The position numbers and the translations under genes are program-made. The notes below the pieces were generated by a model. The model saw only the letters and a list, made by a program, of their open reading frames with translations. It searched no databases and had not been told where the DNA came from. A stretch of 64,000 nt of DNA from Deltaproteobacteria bacterium. Its GTDB lineage: Bacteria > Desulfobacterota > Desulfobaccia > Desulfobaccales > 0-14-0-80-60-11. The DNA is taken from assembly GCA_030018495.1 (NCBI GenBank), contig JASEFS010000011.1, forward strand, positions 22,838 through 86,837, written 5' to 3'. Positions 20,456-34,096 of this stretch are shown piece by piece; the first letter of the stretch is position 1; each line of letters opens with the position of its first letter.

Positions 20456-20883
20456 GACGCCGCCTCGGCCGCGGCCTCTTCTTTGGCCACAAATTTGGTG
20501 GAACAAGGCAACTTCTGGGCTGCCAGACGCAAGGCTTCTTTCGCCACTTCCCGGTCAACCCCGGACATCTCATAGAGAATCCGGCCGGGCTTCACCACCG
20601 CCACCCAGCCTTCCGGATTGCCTTTGCCTTTGCCCATGCGGGTTTCCGCCGGCTTTTTGGTAAAGGGTTTATCCGGAAAGATGCGGATCCAGATTTTACC
20701 GCCGCGCTTGACATGGCGGGTGATGGCGATTCGGGCCGCTTCGATCTGTTGGGCCGTTATCCGGGCGGGCTCCAGGACCTGCAGGCCGAAATGGCCGAAA
20801 GCCAAAAAGTTCCCCCGGCTGGCCTTGCCCCGCATGCGGCCTTTTTGCACCTTGCGGTGTTTGACGCGTTTTGGACTTAACAT
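20452..20883 (-). CDS. rplP: 50S ribosomal protein L16
   Basis: [19 protein letters not shown]. Confidence 0.96.
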   Translation of the reverse strand: MLSPKRVKHRKVQKGRMRGKASRGNFLAFGHFGLQVLEPARITAQQIEAARIAITRHVKRGGKIWIRIFPDKPFTKKPAETRMGKGKGNPEGWVAVVKPGRILYEMSGVDREVAKEALRLAAQKLPCSTKFVAKEEAAAEAAS

Positions 20884-20932
20884 AAGCAGTTTCCTAAATC
20901 AGCTTGTTGCAACATTTAAGGAGCAATTTGGA

Positions 20933-20975
20933 TTAAGCCTTAAGGCCTACAGCTTAAAGCTTAAAGCCTAAGGCC
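20933..20975. repeat. Heptamer array (AAGCYTW family, self-complementary) abutting the rpsC stop
   Basis: ttaagccttaaggcctacagcttaaagcttaaagcctaaggcc. It ends at the base before the rpsC stop codon. Confidence 0.75.
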
Positions 20976-21629
20976 CTAAAATCCGGCCCTCTCTTCGCCG
21001 AGCAGTTCGCCGTGGAAAATCCAGGTCTTCACTCCGATAACGCCGTAAGTGGTCATGGCCTCGGCAAAGCCGTAATCGATATAGGCCCGCAAAGTGTGCA
21101 GCGGCACCCGGCCTTCCCGGTACCATTCCTGGCGGGCGATTTCCGCGCCGGCCAATCGGCCTTTGACCCGGATCTTGATGCCCTTGGCGCCGAACTTGAG
21201 GGACTGGTTCACCGCTTTTTTCATGGCCCGGCGGAAGGAGACCCGGCGTTCCAACTGCAAGGCTACATTTTCCGCCACCAGCTGGGCGTTGATCTCCGGC
21301 TTGCGCACTTCCTGGACGTCGATCACCAGGTCGCGATTCACCAGCTTTTCCAGCCGCCTTCTCAAGTCCTCGATTTTTTTGCCTTTCTGACCGATGACCA
21401 TGCCCGGCCGGGAGGTGTGTATCTTGATAGTCAGTTTGTTGGCGGCCCGCTTGATATCCACCCCGGCGATCCCGGCGCCTCTGAACTCCGGATCCTTCTT
21501 GATGAAATCCCGAATCTTGCGGTCCTCCAGGACCAAATCGGAAAAATTGTCCTTCTTGGCGAACCATACGGAATCCCAGGTACGGTAGACACCGAGCCGG
21601 AAACCGATGGGATGAACCTTTTGACCCAA
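20976..21629 (-). CDS. rpsC: 30S ribosomal protein S3
   Basis: [12 protein letters not shown]. The TTG at 21629 is preceded by AAGGAGG at 5 nt spacing. The ORF-track start at 21671 would overlap rplV. Confidence 0.94.
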   Translation of the reverse strand: MGQKVHPIGFRLGVYRTWDSVWFAKKDNFSDLVLEDRKIRDFIKKDPEFRGAGIAGVDIKRAANKLTIKIHTSRPGMVIGQKGKKIEDLRRRLEKLVNRDLVIDVQEVRKPEINAQLVAENVALQLERRVSFRRAMKKAVNQSLKFGAKGIKIRVKGRLAGAEIARQEWYREGRVPLHTLRAYIDYGFAEAMTTYGVIGVKTWIFHGELLGEERAGF

Positions 21630-21639
21630 AACCGCCTCC

Positions 21640-21984
21640 TTAGCGTTTCGCCGGCCCTTCGGCCAGAACAACGGTAATATGGCTGGTGCGCTTCAAAATG
21701 CGGTTAACCCGCCCCATGGCCCGGGGCTGGAAGCGCTTGAAGGTCGGACCGCCGTCAATGCAAATAGTTTTCACCACCAGGGTATCCACGTCTATCTGAG
21801 GCCTCTGCTCCGCGTTGGCCACCGCGGATTCCATCACCTTGCTGACGAACCGGGCGCCTTTTTGCGGCAGGAACCTGAGCAGGGCCAAGGCGTCCTCCAC
21901 CTTTTTGCCTTTAAGGGGACGGGTTACCAGCCTGAGCTTGGTGGGGGACACCCGCACGAATTTGGCGCTTGCCTTGATTTCCAT
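21640..21984 (-). CDS. rplV: 50S ribosomal protein L22
   Basis: [20 protein letters not shown]. Confidence 0.95.
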   Translation of the reverse strand: MEIKASAKFVRVSPTKLRLVTRPLKGKKVEDALALLRFLPQKGARFVSKVMESAVANAEQRPQIDVDTLVVKTICIDGGPTFKRFQPRAMGRVNRILKRTSHITVVLAEGPAKR

Positions 21985-21986
21985 GA

Positions 21987-22271
21987 CTATTTCCTACCCA
22001 CTTTGGACTTGCGGTCGCCGGCGTGGCCCCCGAAGGTCCGGGTGGGCGAGAACTCTCCCAGCTTATGGCCCACCATATTTTCGGTGACATAGACCGGGAT
22101 GAATTTTTTGCCGTTGTGCACCGCCAAGGTCAACCCGATGAAATCCGGGGTGATGGTGGAGCGCCGGGACCACGTCTTGATGGGCCGCCGGTCCTGGGTT
22201 TCCTTGGCCCTGGCGATCTTGGCCAGAAGACTGTCATCTACGAATGGACCCTTTTTCAGTGATCGGGGCAC
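21987..22271 (-). CDS. rpsS: 30S ribosomal protein S19
   Basis: [16 protein letters not shown]...[13 protein letters not shown]. Confidence 0.97.
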   Translation of the reverse strand: MPRSLKKGPFVDDSLLAKIARAKETQDRRPIKTWSRRSTITPDFIGLTLAVHNGKKFIPVYVTENMVGHKLGEFSPTRTFGGHAGDRKSKVGRK

Positions 22272-22276
22272 GTCTG

Positions 22277-23104
22277 TTACCTCTTGCCGCGCCGTTTGAT
22301 GATATAACGGTCGCTGTCTTTGGGTTTCCGGGTTTTATAGCCCTTGGTGGGCTTGCCCCAGGGAGTGCACGGGTGGCGGCCGCCGGAGGATTTGCCCTCC
22401 CCGCCGCCCAGGGGATGGTCCACCGGGTTCATGGCCACGCCCCGCACGTGGGGGCGGCGGCCCAGCCAGCGCTTGCGGCCGGCTTTGCCCAGGGAGATGT
22501 TCTCATGCTCCACATTGCTGAGCTGCCCGATGGTGGCCCGGCAGGAGACCGGCACCATGCGGACCTCTCCGGAAGGCAGCTTCAGGTGAGCATTGTTGCC
22601 CTCCTTGGCCATGAGCTGAACATAAGAGCCTGCGGCCCTGGCCATCTGCCCGCCTTTGCCCGGCTTCATTTCCACATTGTGCACCAGGGTGCCCGTGGGG
22701 ATATTTTGCAGCGGCAAGGTGTTGCCGGGCTTGATATCCGCTTCGGCGCTGGAGATGATTTCGTCCCCCACCTTAAGGTCCAGGGGCGCCAGGATGTAGC
22801 GCTTCTCGCCGTCCCGATAGTGCAAGAGCGCGATCCTGGACGTCCGGTTGGGATCGTATTCAATGGCAGCCACTTTCGCAGGCACGCCCATCTTATCCCG
22901 CTTGAAGTCGATGAGCCGGTACTTGCGCTTATGGCCGCCGCCCAAATGCCGCGCGGTGCGCCTGCCGTAATTGTTGCGGCCGCCGCTCTTTTTCAGGGCC
23001 CGAACCAGGCTTTTTTCCGGCTCGGTCTTGGTGATTTCGGCAAAATCCGCCGCCGTCTGAAAGCGCCGCCCCGGCGATGTCGGTTTGCGATGAATTAGTG
23101 GCAT
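22277..23104 (-). CDS. rplB: 50S ribosomal protein L2
   Basis: 275 aa, with GGGHKRKYR and [15 protein letters not shown]. Confidence 0.97.
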   Translation of the reverse strand: MPLIHRKPTSPGRRFQTAADFAEITKTEPEKSLVRALKKSGGRNNYGRRTARHLGGGHKRKYRLIDFKRDKMGVPAKVAAIEYDPNRTSRIALLHYRDGEKRYILAPLDLKVGDEIISSAEADIKPGNTLPLQNIPTGTLVHNVEMKPGKGGQMARAAGSYVQLMAKEGNNAHLKLPSGEVRMVPVSCRATIGQLSNVEHENISLGKAGRKRWLGRRPHVRGVAMNPVDHPLGGGEGKSSGGRHPCTPWGKPTKGYKTRKPKDSDRYIIKRRGKR

Positions 23105-23118
23105 TTTAACTACCTTTT

Positions 23119-23152
23119 GGCTTTAAGCTATAAGCCTTAGGCTTTAAGCTTC
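23119..23152. repeat. rplB-proximal inverted arm of the four-helix-bundle cassette (AAGCTWT heptamers)
   Basis: ggctttaagctataagccttaggctttaagcttc. It matches the reverse complement of 23518-23552 at 27 of 31 positions by hand alignment. It overlaps the last five codons (KKLKA) and the stop of the enclosed ORF. Confidence 0.8.
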
Positions 23153-23466
23153 TTTATAAAGGAGGTGAGCATTTGCTTCACCCCGTTAGTCTCATTGTGC
23201 AAGTCTTCATAGTCATTGCTGCCAAGAAAGTTCAGATCATGCTCCAGGAGCAAGTGATACTCCAATTCACTGGCGGAGCCCCTGGCGATTTGCAAATAGC
23301 GGGCGAATTCTGCATCGCCGTCCTTCCCGCACCCTTCAGCAATATTGGCTGCAATCGCTGCGCATGATCTCCGTATCTGGCTGGTCAAGCCGTACAGCTC
23401 TTCTTTGGGAAAAGCTGCGGTAATTTCATAAATCCTGAGAGTCAACCGATGACTTCTTTCCCACAC
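23137..23466 (-). CDS. Four-helix-bundle protein (23S rRNA intervening-sequence protein family)
   Basis: FPKEELYGLTSQIRRSCAAIAANIAEGCGK...ARGSASELEYHLLL is the signature I recognise for this family (TIGR02436/PF05635 type). The GTG start is uncertain. Confidence 0.8.
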   Translation of the reverse strand: MWERSHRLTLRIYEITAAFPKEELYGLTSQIRRSCAAIAANIAEGCGKDGDAEFARYLQIARGSASELEYHLLLEHDLNFLGSNDYEDLHNETNGVKQMLTSFIKKLKA

Positions 23467-23517
23467 CTTTTGCTTGCGAAAATCCCTTAAAGGAACCTTT
23501 TATTCTATATAAGTTTT

Positions 23518-23552
23518 TAGCCTAAAGCTTAAGGCTTAAAGCTTACAGCTTC
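23518..23552. repeat. rplW-proximal inverted arm of the four-helix-bundle cassette
   Basis: tagcctaaagcttaaggcttaaagcttacagcttc. It ends at the base before the rplW stop codon. Confidence 0.8.
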
Positions 23553-23843
23553 TTAAATTCCCTCAAACCCTTTCAGCTTCTCTCCCGGTGCCAGGGTCAC
23601 GATGGCCTTTTTCCAATCCGGCCGCGTCCCTTCGGTACGCCCCAGCCGCTTGGCCTTGCCTTTCAGGCGCACGGTGTTGACCGCGAGCACCTTGACCTTG
23701 AAGACCTCTTCCACGGCCTTTCTGATCTCCACCTTGTTGGCCTTGACGGCCACCCTTAAAGTGACCTGGTTGGCGGCTTCCTTCAAACCGTGGGTCTTCT
23801 CCGTGATGACCGCCCCTTTGATGATATGATGGTTCGCCTTCAT
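23553..23843 (-). CDS. rplW: 50S ribosomal protein L23
   Basis: IIKGAVITEKT...KVLAVNTV. Confidence 0.95.
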   Translation of the reverse strand: MKANHHIIKGAVITEKTHGLKEAANQVTLRVAVKANKVEIRKAVEEVFKVKVLAVNTVRLKGKAKRLGRTEGTRPDWKKAIVTLAPGEKLKGFEGI

Positions 23844-24463
23844 TCCGCCAACCTCGCTTCGATCTCGGCGATCGCCGGAGAAAGCAGAACCAGGTGGTCA
23901 TGCTTCAGGATATCGTAGACATTCAGCCCCGCGGTCAGCATGACCTGGACGAAGGGGACATTCCTGGCCGACAGCTTTAGGACCCGGTGCTCCTCCGGCG
24001 TGATGAAAAGGGCTTTGCTGATATCGAAATTTTTAAGCACCTGCACGAATTCCTTGGTTTTGGGGCTTTCCTGGGGGTAGTCCTCCAGCACCACCAGCTT
24101 GCCGTTTTTCACCTTGCTGGACAGAGCCATTTTCAGAGCCAGGCGCTTCACTTTTTTGGGCAGAGTGTAGGCATAGCTCCTGGGCTTGGGGCCGAATACG
24201 GTGCCGCCGCCCTTCCAAATGGGCGAGCGGATGGAACCCGCCCGGGCGCGCCCGGTGCCTTTCTGCCGCCAGGGTTTGCGGCCGCCGCCGGAGACTTCGC
24301 CCCGCGTCTTGGTGGACGCGGTCCCGGCCCGCCGGCAGGCCCGCTGCCAGGTCACCACTTCGTGCAGTATCGGCGGGTACACGTCCACCCCAAAGATCTC
24401 CTCCTTGAGGTCTACTTCCCCCACCTTTTCCTTGTTGATGTTGAAAATATCCACAACCGGCAT
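23840..24463 (-). CDS. rplD: 50S ribosomal protein L4
   Basis: GGGRKPWRQKGTGRARAGSIRSPIWKGGG. Confidence 0.96.
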   Translation of the reverse strand: MPVVDIFNINKEKVGEVDLKEEIFGVDVYPPILHEVVTWQRACRRAGTASTKTRGEVSGGGRKPWRQKGTGRARAGSIRSPIWKGGGTVFGPKPRSYAYTLPKKVKRLALKMALSSKVKNGKLVVLEDYPQESPKTKEFVQVLKNFDISKALFITPEEHRVLKLSARNVPFVQVMLTAGLNVYDILKHDHLVLLSPAIAEIEARLAE

Positions 24464-24467
24464 GATA

Positions 24468-25094
24468 TTATCCGATCTTTTTAATCAGCAGGAAGCCGTT
24501 TCTGGGGCCGGGCACCGGGCCTTTGACCACCAGCAGATTGTCTTCCGGCCTGACGTCGATGACTTCTATATTCTTGACAGTCACCCGCGCGTTGCCCAGG
24601 TGGCCCGGCAGTTTCTTGCCTTTGATGACCCGGGACGGATAAGCGCTGGCGCCGATGGACCCCGGCGCCCGGTGCGACATGGAGCCGTGGCTCATGGGGC
24701 CGATGCGGAAGCCCCAGCGCTTGACGGTGCCGGCGAAGCCTTTGCCCTTGCTGGTGCCCGTCATCATGAGACGGTCGCCGATTTCAAACTGCTCCACCGA
24801 GATTTCCTGGCCGGGTTCCCAGGCGCCGGCGTCGTCCACCTTGAATTCGCGGATGAGGGCGAAGCCGCTCTTGCTGCCGTGCTTTTCCAGGTGCCCTTTC
24901 ATGGGCCGGTTGCACTTGGCCAAAGGCTTGCGGGCGAAGCCCACCTGAACGGCCTCGTAGCCGTCGGCGCCGCTGGTCTTCTTTTGCACCACAAAACATG
25001 GACCAGCCTCGATCACCGTGACCGCGACGGCCCGGCCGTCCTCATCGAAAATGCGGGTCATGCCCAGTTTTTTGCCGATAATCCCATTCAGCAT
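24468..25094 (-). CDS. rplC: 50S ribosomal protein L3
   Basis: [13 protein letters not shown]...[13 protein letters not shown]. Confidence 0.96.
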   Translation of the reverse strand: MLNGIIGKKLGMTRIFDEDGRAVAVTVIEAGPCFVVQKKTSGADGYEAVQVGFARKPLAKCNRPMKGHLEKHGSKSGFALIREFKVDDAGAWEPGQEISVEQFEIGDRLMMTGTSKGKGFAGTVKRWGFRIGPMSHGSMSHRAPGSIGASAYPSRVIKGKKLPGHLGNARVTVKNIEVIDVRPEDNLLVVKGPVPGPRNGFLLIKKIG

Positions 25095-25101
25095 ATATAG
25101 T

Positions 25102-25184
25102 GCGTTTTCAGTCTTCGGTTTCGGTTTTCCCTTCTTTCAAGCATCAATCTTCACGGAAAACGGAAAACGGAAAACGGAAAACCC
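25102..25184. repeat. Heptamer-array hairpin module (GTTTTCN / GGAAAAC family) in the rplC-rpsJ spacer
   Basis: The left arm gcgttttcagtcttcggtttcggttttccc faces the right arm (cggaaaa)x4 ccc. Confidence 0.8.
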
Positions 25185-25187
25185 TCC

Positions 25188-25496
25188 TTAAACCCTTATT
25201 TCCACGTCCACGCCGGCCGCGAGGTCCAGTTTGCTGATGGCGTCCATGGTCTGCTGGGTAGGTTCCAGAATATCCAGCAGCCGCTTATAGGTGCGGATCT
25301 CAAACTGCTCCCGGGACTTCTTGTCGATGTGCGGCGACCGGAGCACGGTGTACTTGTTGATTTCCGTAGGCAAGGGAATGGGGCCGGCCACCCGGGCGCC
25401 TGTGCTCCGGGCGGTGTCCACTATTTCCTGCACCGATTTGTCCAATAGCTTATGGTCGTAAGAACGTAAGCGAATGCGTATTTTGGGAGCTATCAT
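25188..25496 (-). CDS. rpsJ: 30S ribosomal protein S10
   Basis: [15 protein letters not shown]. Confidence 0.97.
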   Translation of the reverse strand: MIAPKIRIRLRSYDHKLLDKSVQEIVDTARSTGARVAGPIPLPTEINKYTVLRSPHIDKKSREQFEIRTYKRLLDILEPTQQTMDAISKLDLAAGVDVEIRV

Positions 25497-25505
25497 GTCC
25501 CTTCC

Positions 25506-26699
<1,194 letters not shown>

Positions 26700-26725
26700 T
26701 TAATTCCTCCAAAATTTACTAGGGG

Positions 26726-28804
<2,079 letters not shown>

Positions 28805-28810
28805 TTGTGT

Positions 28811-29281
28811 TTACCAGCGATAATGTGCGAAGGCCTTGTTGGCTTCGGCCATTTTATGCGTATCTTCCCGTTTTTTGATGGCGCCGCCCCGGTTTTGGGA
28901 GGCGTCCAATAATTCTCCGGCCAGCTTGGTCACCATGGATTTTTCCGGCCGGTTCTTGGCGTAACCGATGAGCCAGCGGATGGCCAGGGAAATGCGGCGG
29001 TCGTGGCGCACTTCCACCGGCACCTGGTAGGTGGCCCCGCCCACCCGCCGGGATTTCACTTCGATGAGCGGCTTCACGTTGTCCATGGCCTGATGAAAGA
29101 CCTTGATGGGGTCTTCCTTGCTGCGCTGACCCACCAGGTCCAGGGCGCTGTAAAATACACGCTGAGCCGTGCTCTTTTTGCCCTTGCGCATCAGGCCGTT
29201 GATGAAGCGGCTCACCAGGGCGTCATTGTACTTCAGATCGGGCGTTACCGGCCGTTTGACTACGCCGCCTTTCCTGGGCAT
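28811..29281 (-). CDS. rpsG: 30S ribosomal protein S7
   Basis: [18 protein letters not shown]. Confidence 0.97.
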   Translation of the reverse strand: MPRKGGVVKRPVTPDLKYNDALVSRFINGLMRKGKKSTAQRVFYSALDLVGQRSKEDPIKVFHQAMDNVKPLIEVKSRRVGGATYQVPVEVRHDRRISLAIRWLIGYAKNRPEKSMVTKLAGELLDASQNRGGAIKKREDTHKMAEANKAFAHYRW

Positions 29282-29289
29282 TTCTTACT

Positions 29290-29360
29290 CCGTTTTCCGT
29301 TTTCCGTTTTCCGTTGGTTTCGACCAGTAGCTTGGTTTATTCCGAAAACCGAAAACTCGG
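29290..29360. repeat. Heptamer-array hairpin module (CCGTTTT / CCGAAAA) in the rpsG-rpsL spacer
   Basis: (ccgtttt)x3 ccgttgg, a 24-nt loop, then ccgaaaaccgaaaactcgg. Confidence 0.8.
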
Positions 29361-29390
29361 ACTTTCTTATGTGGACCAGCTTAATTGATT

Positions 29391-29426
29391 GATTACTGAG
29401 CACTGGCCACTGATCACTGGCCACTA
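29391..29426. repeat. Heptamer array (ACTGRNC family) overlapping the rpsL stop codon
   Basis: gattactgagcactggccactgatcactggccacta. Arrays of the same family in the opposite orientation lie at 45277-45305 and 45523-45553. Confidence 0.75.
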
Positions 29427-29795
29427 CTTCGGTTTTTTGGCCCCGTACTTGGAGCGGCCCCGCCGGCGGTCCTGCACCCCGGAGGCGTCCAGCGTCCCGC
29501 GGACTACGTGGTAGCGCACGCCGGGTAGGTCTTTGACGCGGCCGCCGCGGATGAGCACCACGGAGTGCTCCTGGAGGTTATGCCCCACCCCGGGGATATA
29601 AGTGGTCACTTCGATGCCGTTGGTGAGGCGCACCCTGGCCACCTTCCGCAACGCGGAATTGGGTTTTTTCGGGGTGGTGGTATAGACCCGGACGCAGACC
29701 CCCCGTTTTTGGGGGCAGCTTTGCAGAGCCGGTGACGCGGTGCGTTTGGTCATTTTTTCCCGGCCCTTGCGAACCAGTTGACTGATCGTCGGCAT
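29424..29795 (-). CDS. rpsL: 30S ribosomal protein S12
   Basis: [14 protein letters not shown]...[16 protein letters not shown]. Confidence 0.98.
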   Translation of the reverse strand: MPTISQLVRKGREKMTKRTASPALQSCPQKRGVCVRVYTTTPKKPNSALRKVARVRLTNGIEVTTYIPGVGHNLQEHSVVLIRGGRVKDLPGVRYHVVRGTLDASGVQDRRRGRSKYGAKKPK

Positions 29796-29836
29796 ACTCT
29801 CTCCTGCTAAAGTATCAGGGGCACTAAAAATTTATT

Positions 29837-29865
29837 TTTTTAAAGATTTTTGCCCCATTTGTCAA
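29837..29865 (-). promoter_or_regulatory. Candidate sigma70 promoter of the str operon
   Basis: The minus strand reads TTGACA, a 17-nt spacer, then TAAAAA, between the rpoC stop and the rpsL start. Confidence 0.35.
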
Positions 29866-29870
29866 GCTTT

Positions 29871-32800
29871 TTATCCCGCCTCAATTTCCATCTCGGGGCC
29901 CGCCGGCTCCATGATTCCTTCCGGCGGCGGCAGCATCGCCTCCATTTCGTCAGCCAGGGCAATTTCCACCTCGCGGTAGGGCGCCATGCCGGTGCCTGCC
30001 GGAATCAGGCGGCCCATAATGACATTTTCCTTGAGGCCGCGCAGGTGGTCGATCTTGCCCTGCACTGCGGCGTCGGCCAGCACCTTGGTGGTTTCCTGGA
30101 AGGAGGCCGCGGAAATCCAGCTCTCCGTGGTCAAGGAGGCCTTGGTAATGCCCAAAAGCAGCGGCTCGCCAGTGGCCGGGCGCTTGCCCTCGGCGATGGC
30201 CTGCTCGTTTTTCTCTTCGAAGACCCACTTTTCCACCTGTTCGCCGATGAGCAGGTCCGTGTCCCCGGCGTCCACCACCTTGATGCGCCTGAGCATCTGA
30301 CGCACAATGACCTCAATGTGCTTGTCATTAATCTTGACGCCCTGCAGGCGGTAGACCTCCTGCACTTCATCCACCAGGTAGCGGGCCAGTTCTTTCAGAC
30401 CGCTGATATTCAGGATATCATGGGGGTTGGCGGAGCCGTCCATGAGGGGCTCGCCGGCCCGGATATAATCGCCTTCCTGGACCGCCACGTGCTTGCCCTT
30501 GGGGATGAGATATTCCTTGGGCTTGCCCACTTCCGGGGTGACCACGATCTTGCGTTTGCCCTTGATGTGGCGCCCGAAGGTCACGTTGCCGCTGATTTCA
30601 GAAATAATCGCGGTTTCCTTGGGCTTGCGCACTTCGAAAAGCTCGGCCACCCGGGGCAGGCCGCCGGTGATGTCTTTGGTCTTCATGGTTTCCCGGGGAA
30701 TCTTGGCGATAATGTCACCCGGATATACCGTATCGCCCTCATTTACCATAAGGATGGCGCCCAGTGGCATAAAGTAGCGGGCGTAGGCCACCGTCCCGGG
30801 GATGCGGGCCGTGGCGCCGGTTTCATCCTTGATGGAAATCCGGGGCCGCAGGTCCGGGTCTTTGCTCTCGATGATGATGCGGGAGGATTTCCCGGTCACC
30901 GGGTCCAGGCGCTCCTGCATGGCTTCCATGATGTCGCCGAACTTGATGGTGCCGCCCACCTCGGTGAGCATGGGGTTGGTGAAGGGGTCCCATTCCGCCA
31001 GTTCCTGGCCCGGCTCCACCTCCTGGCCTTCCATGACCTTGAGATGCGCCCCATAGGTCAAGGGGAAGCGCTCCCGCTCGATACCCTTTTCGCTGACGAT
31101 GACCAGCTCGCCGCTGCGGCTCAGGTTCACCGGTTCGCCGAAGCGGTTCACCACGTAACGCACGTTGTCGAACCGCACCCGGCCCGCGACCCGGGCCACG
31201 TGGCGGCTCTGTTCGGCCCGCCGGGAGGCGGTGCCGCCGATGTGGAAGGTGCGCATGGTGAGCTGTGTCCCGGGCTCCCCGATGGACTGGGCCGCCAGGA
31301 TGCCGATGGATTCGCCGATATTCACCTGGGTGCCGTGGGCCAGGTCACGGCCGTAGCATTTGGCGCAGACCCCCCACTTGGTCTGGCAGGTCAGCACCGA
31401 ACGGATCCAGACCTTCTCGATGCCGGCGTTGTCGATGCGCTCCGCGGCCTCTTCGTCGATCTCCTCGTTGGCCTGCACGATCACTTCGCCGGTATGGGGG
31501 TCAAGGACGTCTTCCAGGGCCGTCCGGCCCAATACCCGGTCCTGCACCCGCTCGATGATTTCGCCGCCTTCCACCAGCGGCGTCACGTAGATGCCGTCGA
31601 TGGTGCCGCAGTCCAGCTCATTGATCACCGCGTCCTGGGCCACGTCCACCAAACGGCGGGTGAGGTAGCCGGAGTTGGCGGTTTTGAGCGCCGTATCCGC
31701 CAAGCCTTTCCGGGCGCCGTGGGTCGAAATGAAGTATTGCAGCACGGTCAGGCCTTCCCGGAAATTGGCGGTGATGGGCGTTTCGATGATTTCGCCCGAG
31801 GGCTTGGCCATGAGCCCCCGCATGCCGGCCAACTGGCGCATCTGGTCTTTGCTGCCCCGGGCGCCGGAGTCGGCCATCATGAAGATGGGGTTGAAGCTGG
31901 CCACCTCTTCCTGGTGGGTGATGGTCCGGCCGGGGTTTTCCGGATCGGGCTCTTCCACGGTGATCACGTCCCGGGCCATTTCTTCCATCATGCGGGCCGC
32001 GACTTCGTCCGTGGCCTTGGCCCAGATGTCCACCACCTTGTTGTATTTTTCGCCCTCCGTAATGATACCTTCCTGGTACTGCTCCTCCACCTGGGACACT
32101 TCCGCCATGGCCGCGTTCAGGATCTCGGATTTGCGCTCCGGAATGATCATGTCCTGTACGCCGATGGAGATGCCCGCCTTGGTGGCATAGTGGTAGCCCA
32201 TGTTCTTCAGGCGGTCGGCCAGGATCACCGTGGCTTTGATGCCGCATTTCCGGTAGGCGTGCGCGATGAGCTTGCGGATCACCCGCTTGGTCATGGTGGT
32301 GTTCACCATTTCGAAAGGCAGGCCTTCCGGCAGAATCTCGGACAACAGGACGCGCCCCACCGTGGTTTTATGGATCTTGCCGTTGATGCGCACGGGAATG
32401 CGGGCCTGGAGATGGACCTGCCCCTGATCGAAGGCCACCCTTACCTCTTCGGGAGAGGCAAAGGGGATAGGCTTATGGCCGTTCTTGTCCACCCGTTCGC
32501 CGGGAGCGAAGGGCAGCTCCCGGGTCAGGTAGTAGAGACCTAAAACAATATCCTGAGTGGGGATAATGATGGGGTCCCCATTGGCCGGGCTCAGGATGTT
32601 GTTGGTGGACATCATCAGCGTCCTGGCTTCGATCTGGGACTCGATGGACAAGGGCACGTGCACCGCCATCTGGTCGCCGTCAAAGTCAGCGTTGAACGCG
32701 GTGCAGACCAGGGGATGGAGCTGAATGGCCTTGCCCTCGATGAGGATGGGTTCAAAGGCCTGAATCCCCAGGCGGTGCAGGGTCGGGGCCCGGTTGAGCA

Positions 32801-34091
32801 TAACCGGGTGCTCCCTCACGACTTCGTCCAGGATGTCCCATACCTCGGGGGTTTCCCGCTCCACCAGCTTTTTGGCCACTTTGATGGTGGTCGCGAAGCC
32901 TCTGGCCACCAGCTTGTGGAAAATGAAGGGCTTAAAGAGTTCCAAGGCCATCTGCTTGGGCAGACCGCACTGGTGCAGCTTCAATTCCGGGCCGATAACG
33001 ATGACGGAGCGCCCGGAATAGTCCACGCGCTTGCCCAACAGGTTCTGACGGAAGCGCCCCTGCTTGCCCTTGAGCATGTCGGACAGGGACTTCAAGGGCC
33101 GCTTGTTGGGGCCGGTGATGGTTCTGCCCCGGCGGCCGTTTTCAAAAAGCACGTCCACTGCTTCCTGGAGCATGCGCTTTTCGTTGCGGATGATGATATC
33201 CGGAGCGTTGAGCTCCAAAAGGCGCTTCAAGCGGTTGTTGCGGTTGATTACCCGCCGGTAGAGGTCGTTTAAGTCGCTGGTGGCGAAGCGGCCGCCGTCC
33301 AGATGCACCAGGGGGCGCAAATCCGGCGGCAGCACCGGAATCACTTCAAGCACCATCCATTCGGGCCGCTGCCCCGACTCCCGGAAAGCGTCGATAATTT
33401 TCAGGCGCTTGCCCAGCTTTTTGCGTTTGGCATCCGAGCTGGTCTTGGCCATTTCGGCGCGCACTTCCTGGGAAATGGCCTCCAGGTCCACTTCGGCCAG
33501 CATATCTCTGACGGCCTCGGCCCCCATGCCGGCCCGAAAGCGGTCGCCAAATTCTTCCTTAAGCTGCCGGTATCTCTCTTCCGACAGCAAGGTTCCCTTG
33601 GTAAGCTGCGTGTCTCCCGGGTCCGTGACCACATAGGCCTCGAAATAGAGGACTTTTTCCAGTTCCTTCAGGGTCAGGTCCAGGAGATTGCCGATCTTGC
33701 TGGGCAGGCTCTTTAAAAACCAGATATGCACTACCGGCGAGGCCAGCTCAATGTGGCCCATGCGCTCGCGCCGCACCTTGGACTGGATCACTTCCACGCC
33801 GCATTTTTCGCAGGTGATGCCCCGGTGCTTCATGCGCTTGTATTTGCCGCAGTTGCATTCATAGTCCTTGGCCGGGCCAAAGATCTTGGCGCAGAACAGT
33901 CCGTCCCGCTCCGGCTTAAAGGTGCGGTAGTTGATGGTTTCCGGCTTTTTCACCTCGCCGTGGGACCAGGACCGGATCATATCCGGGGAAGCCAGGGTCA
34001 GGCGCACCGCTTCCACATAGAGGGGGTCCTCCGGCCGGGCGAACAAGCTGTTCAAATCTTCCAATTTTACGTCTTTAGCCTTTTCCATCAT
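29871..34091 (-). CDS. rpoC: DNA-directed RNA polymerase subunit beta prime
   Basis: 1406 aa, with the catalytic motif [12 protein letters not shown]. Confidence 0.98.
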   Translation of the reverse strand: MMEKAKDVKLEDLNSLFARPEDPLYVEAVRLTLASPDMIRSWSHGEVKKPETINYRTFKPERDGLFCAKIFGPAKDYECNCGKYKRMKHRGITCEKCGVEVIQSKVRRERMGHIELASPVVHIWFLKSLPSKIGNLLDLTLKELEKVLYFEAYVVTDPGDTQLTKGTLLSEERYRQLKEEFGDRFRAGMGAEAVRDMLAEVDLEAISQEVRAEMAKTSSDAKRKKLGKRLKIIDAFRESGQRPEWMVLEVIPVLPPDLRPLVHLDGGRFATSDLNDLYRRVINRNNRLKRLLELNAPDIIIRNEKRMLQEAVDVLFENGRRGRTITGPNKRPLKSLSDMLKGKQGRFRQNLLGKRVDYSGRSVIVIGPELKLHQCGLPKQMALELFKPFIFHKLVARGFATTIKVAKKLVERETPEVWDILDEVVREHPVMLNRAPTLHRLGIQAFEPILIEGKAIQLHPLVCTAFNADFDGDQMAVHVPLSIESQIEARTLMMSTNNILSPANGDPIIIPTQDIVLGLYYLTRELPFAPGERVDKNGHKPIPFASPEEVRVAFDQGQVHLQARIPVRINGKIHKTTVGRVLLSEILPEGLPFEMVNTTMTKRVIRKLIAHAYRKCGIKATVILADRLKNMGYHYATKAGISIGVQDMIIPERKSEILNAAMAEVSQVEEQYQEGIITEGEKYNKVVDIWAKATDEVAARMMEEMARDVITVEEPDPENPGRTITHQEEVASFNPIFMMADSGARGSKDQMRQLAGMRGLMAKPSGEIIETPITANFREGLTVLQYFISTHGARKGLADTALKTANSGYLTRRLVDVAQDAVINELDCGTIDGIYVTPLVEGGEIIERVQDRVLGRTALEDVLDPHTGEVIVQANEEIDEEAAERIDNAGIEKVWIRSVLTCQTKWGVCAKCYGRDLAHGTQVNIGESIGILAAQSIGEPGTQLTMRTFHIGGTASRRAEQSRHVARVAGRVRFDNVRYVVNRFGEPVNLSRSGELVIVSEKGIERERFPLTYGAHLKVMEGQEVEPGQELAEWDPFTNPMLTEVGGTIKFGDIMEAMQERLDPVTGKSSRIIIESKDPDLRPRISIKDETGATARIPGTVAYARYFMPLGAILMVNEGDTVYPGDIIAKIPRETMKTKDITGGLPRVAELFEVRKPKETAIISEISGNVTFGRHIKGKRKIVVTPEVGKPKEYLIPKGKHVAVQEGDYIRAGEPLMDGSANPHDILNISGLKELARYLVDEVQEVYRLQGVKINDKHIEVIVRQMLRRIKVVDAGDTDLLIGEQVEKWVFEEKNEQAIAEGKRPATGEPLLLGITKASLTTESWISAASFQETTKVLADAAVQGKIDHLRGLKENVIMGRLIPAGTGMAPYREVEIALADEMEAMLPPPEGIMEPAGPEMEIEAG

Positions 34092-34096
34092 AGGCT

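Noticed and set aside
20968-21567. A 199-aa same-strand alternative-frame ORF inside rpsC. Other same-strand shadow ORFs occur at 17558-17897, 23563-23901 and 31618-32247.
   Set aside because: They overlap highly conserved ribosomal or RNA polymerase genes in another frame. Their composition is Arg/Gly/Pro-rich, which is typical of frame-shifted GC-rich coding sequence.
29850-32543. An 897-aa plus-strand ORF antisense to rpoC. Similar long antisense ORFs occur at 34283-36067, 36182-37354 and 37361-38260 (rpoB), 4911-6473 (serA), 6605-7648, 14315-15373 (secY), 22244-23098 (rplB) and 57456-58445/58566-59930 (gyrA).
   Set aside because: They lie opposite unmistakable conserved genes. Their products are low-complexity and rich in G, A, R, H and D, with no recognisable domains. 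Stop-free antisense frames are expected in GC-rich genes with strong third-position GC bias.
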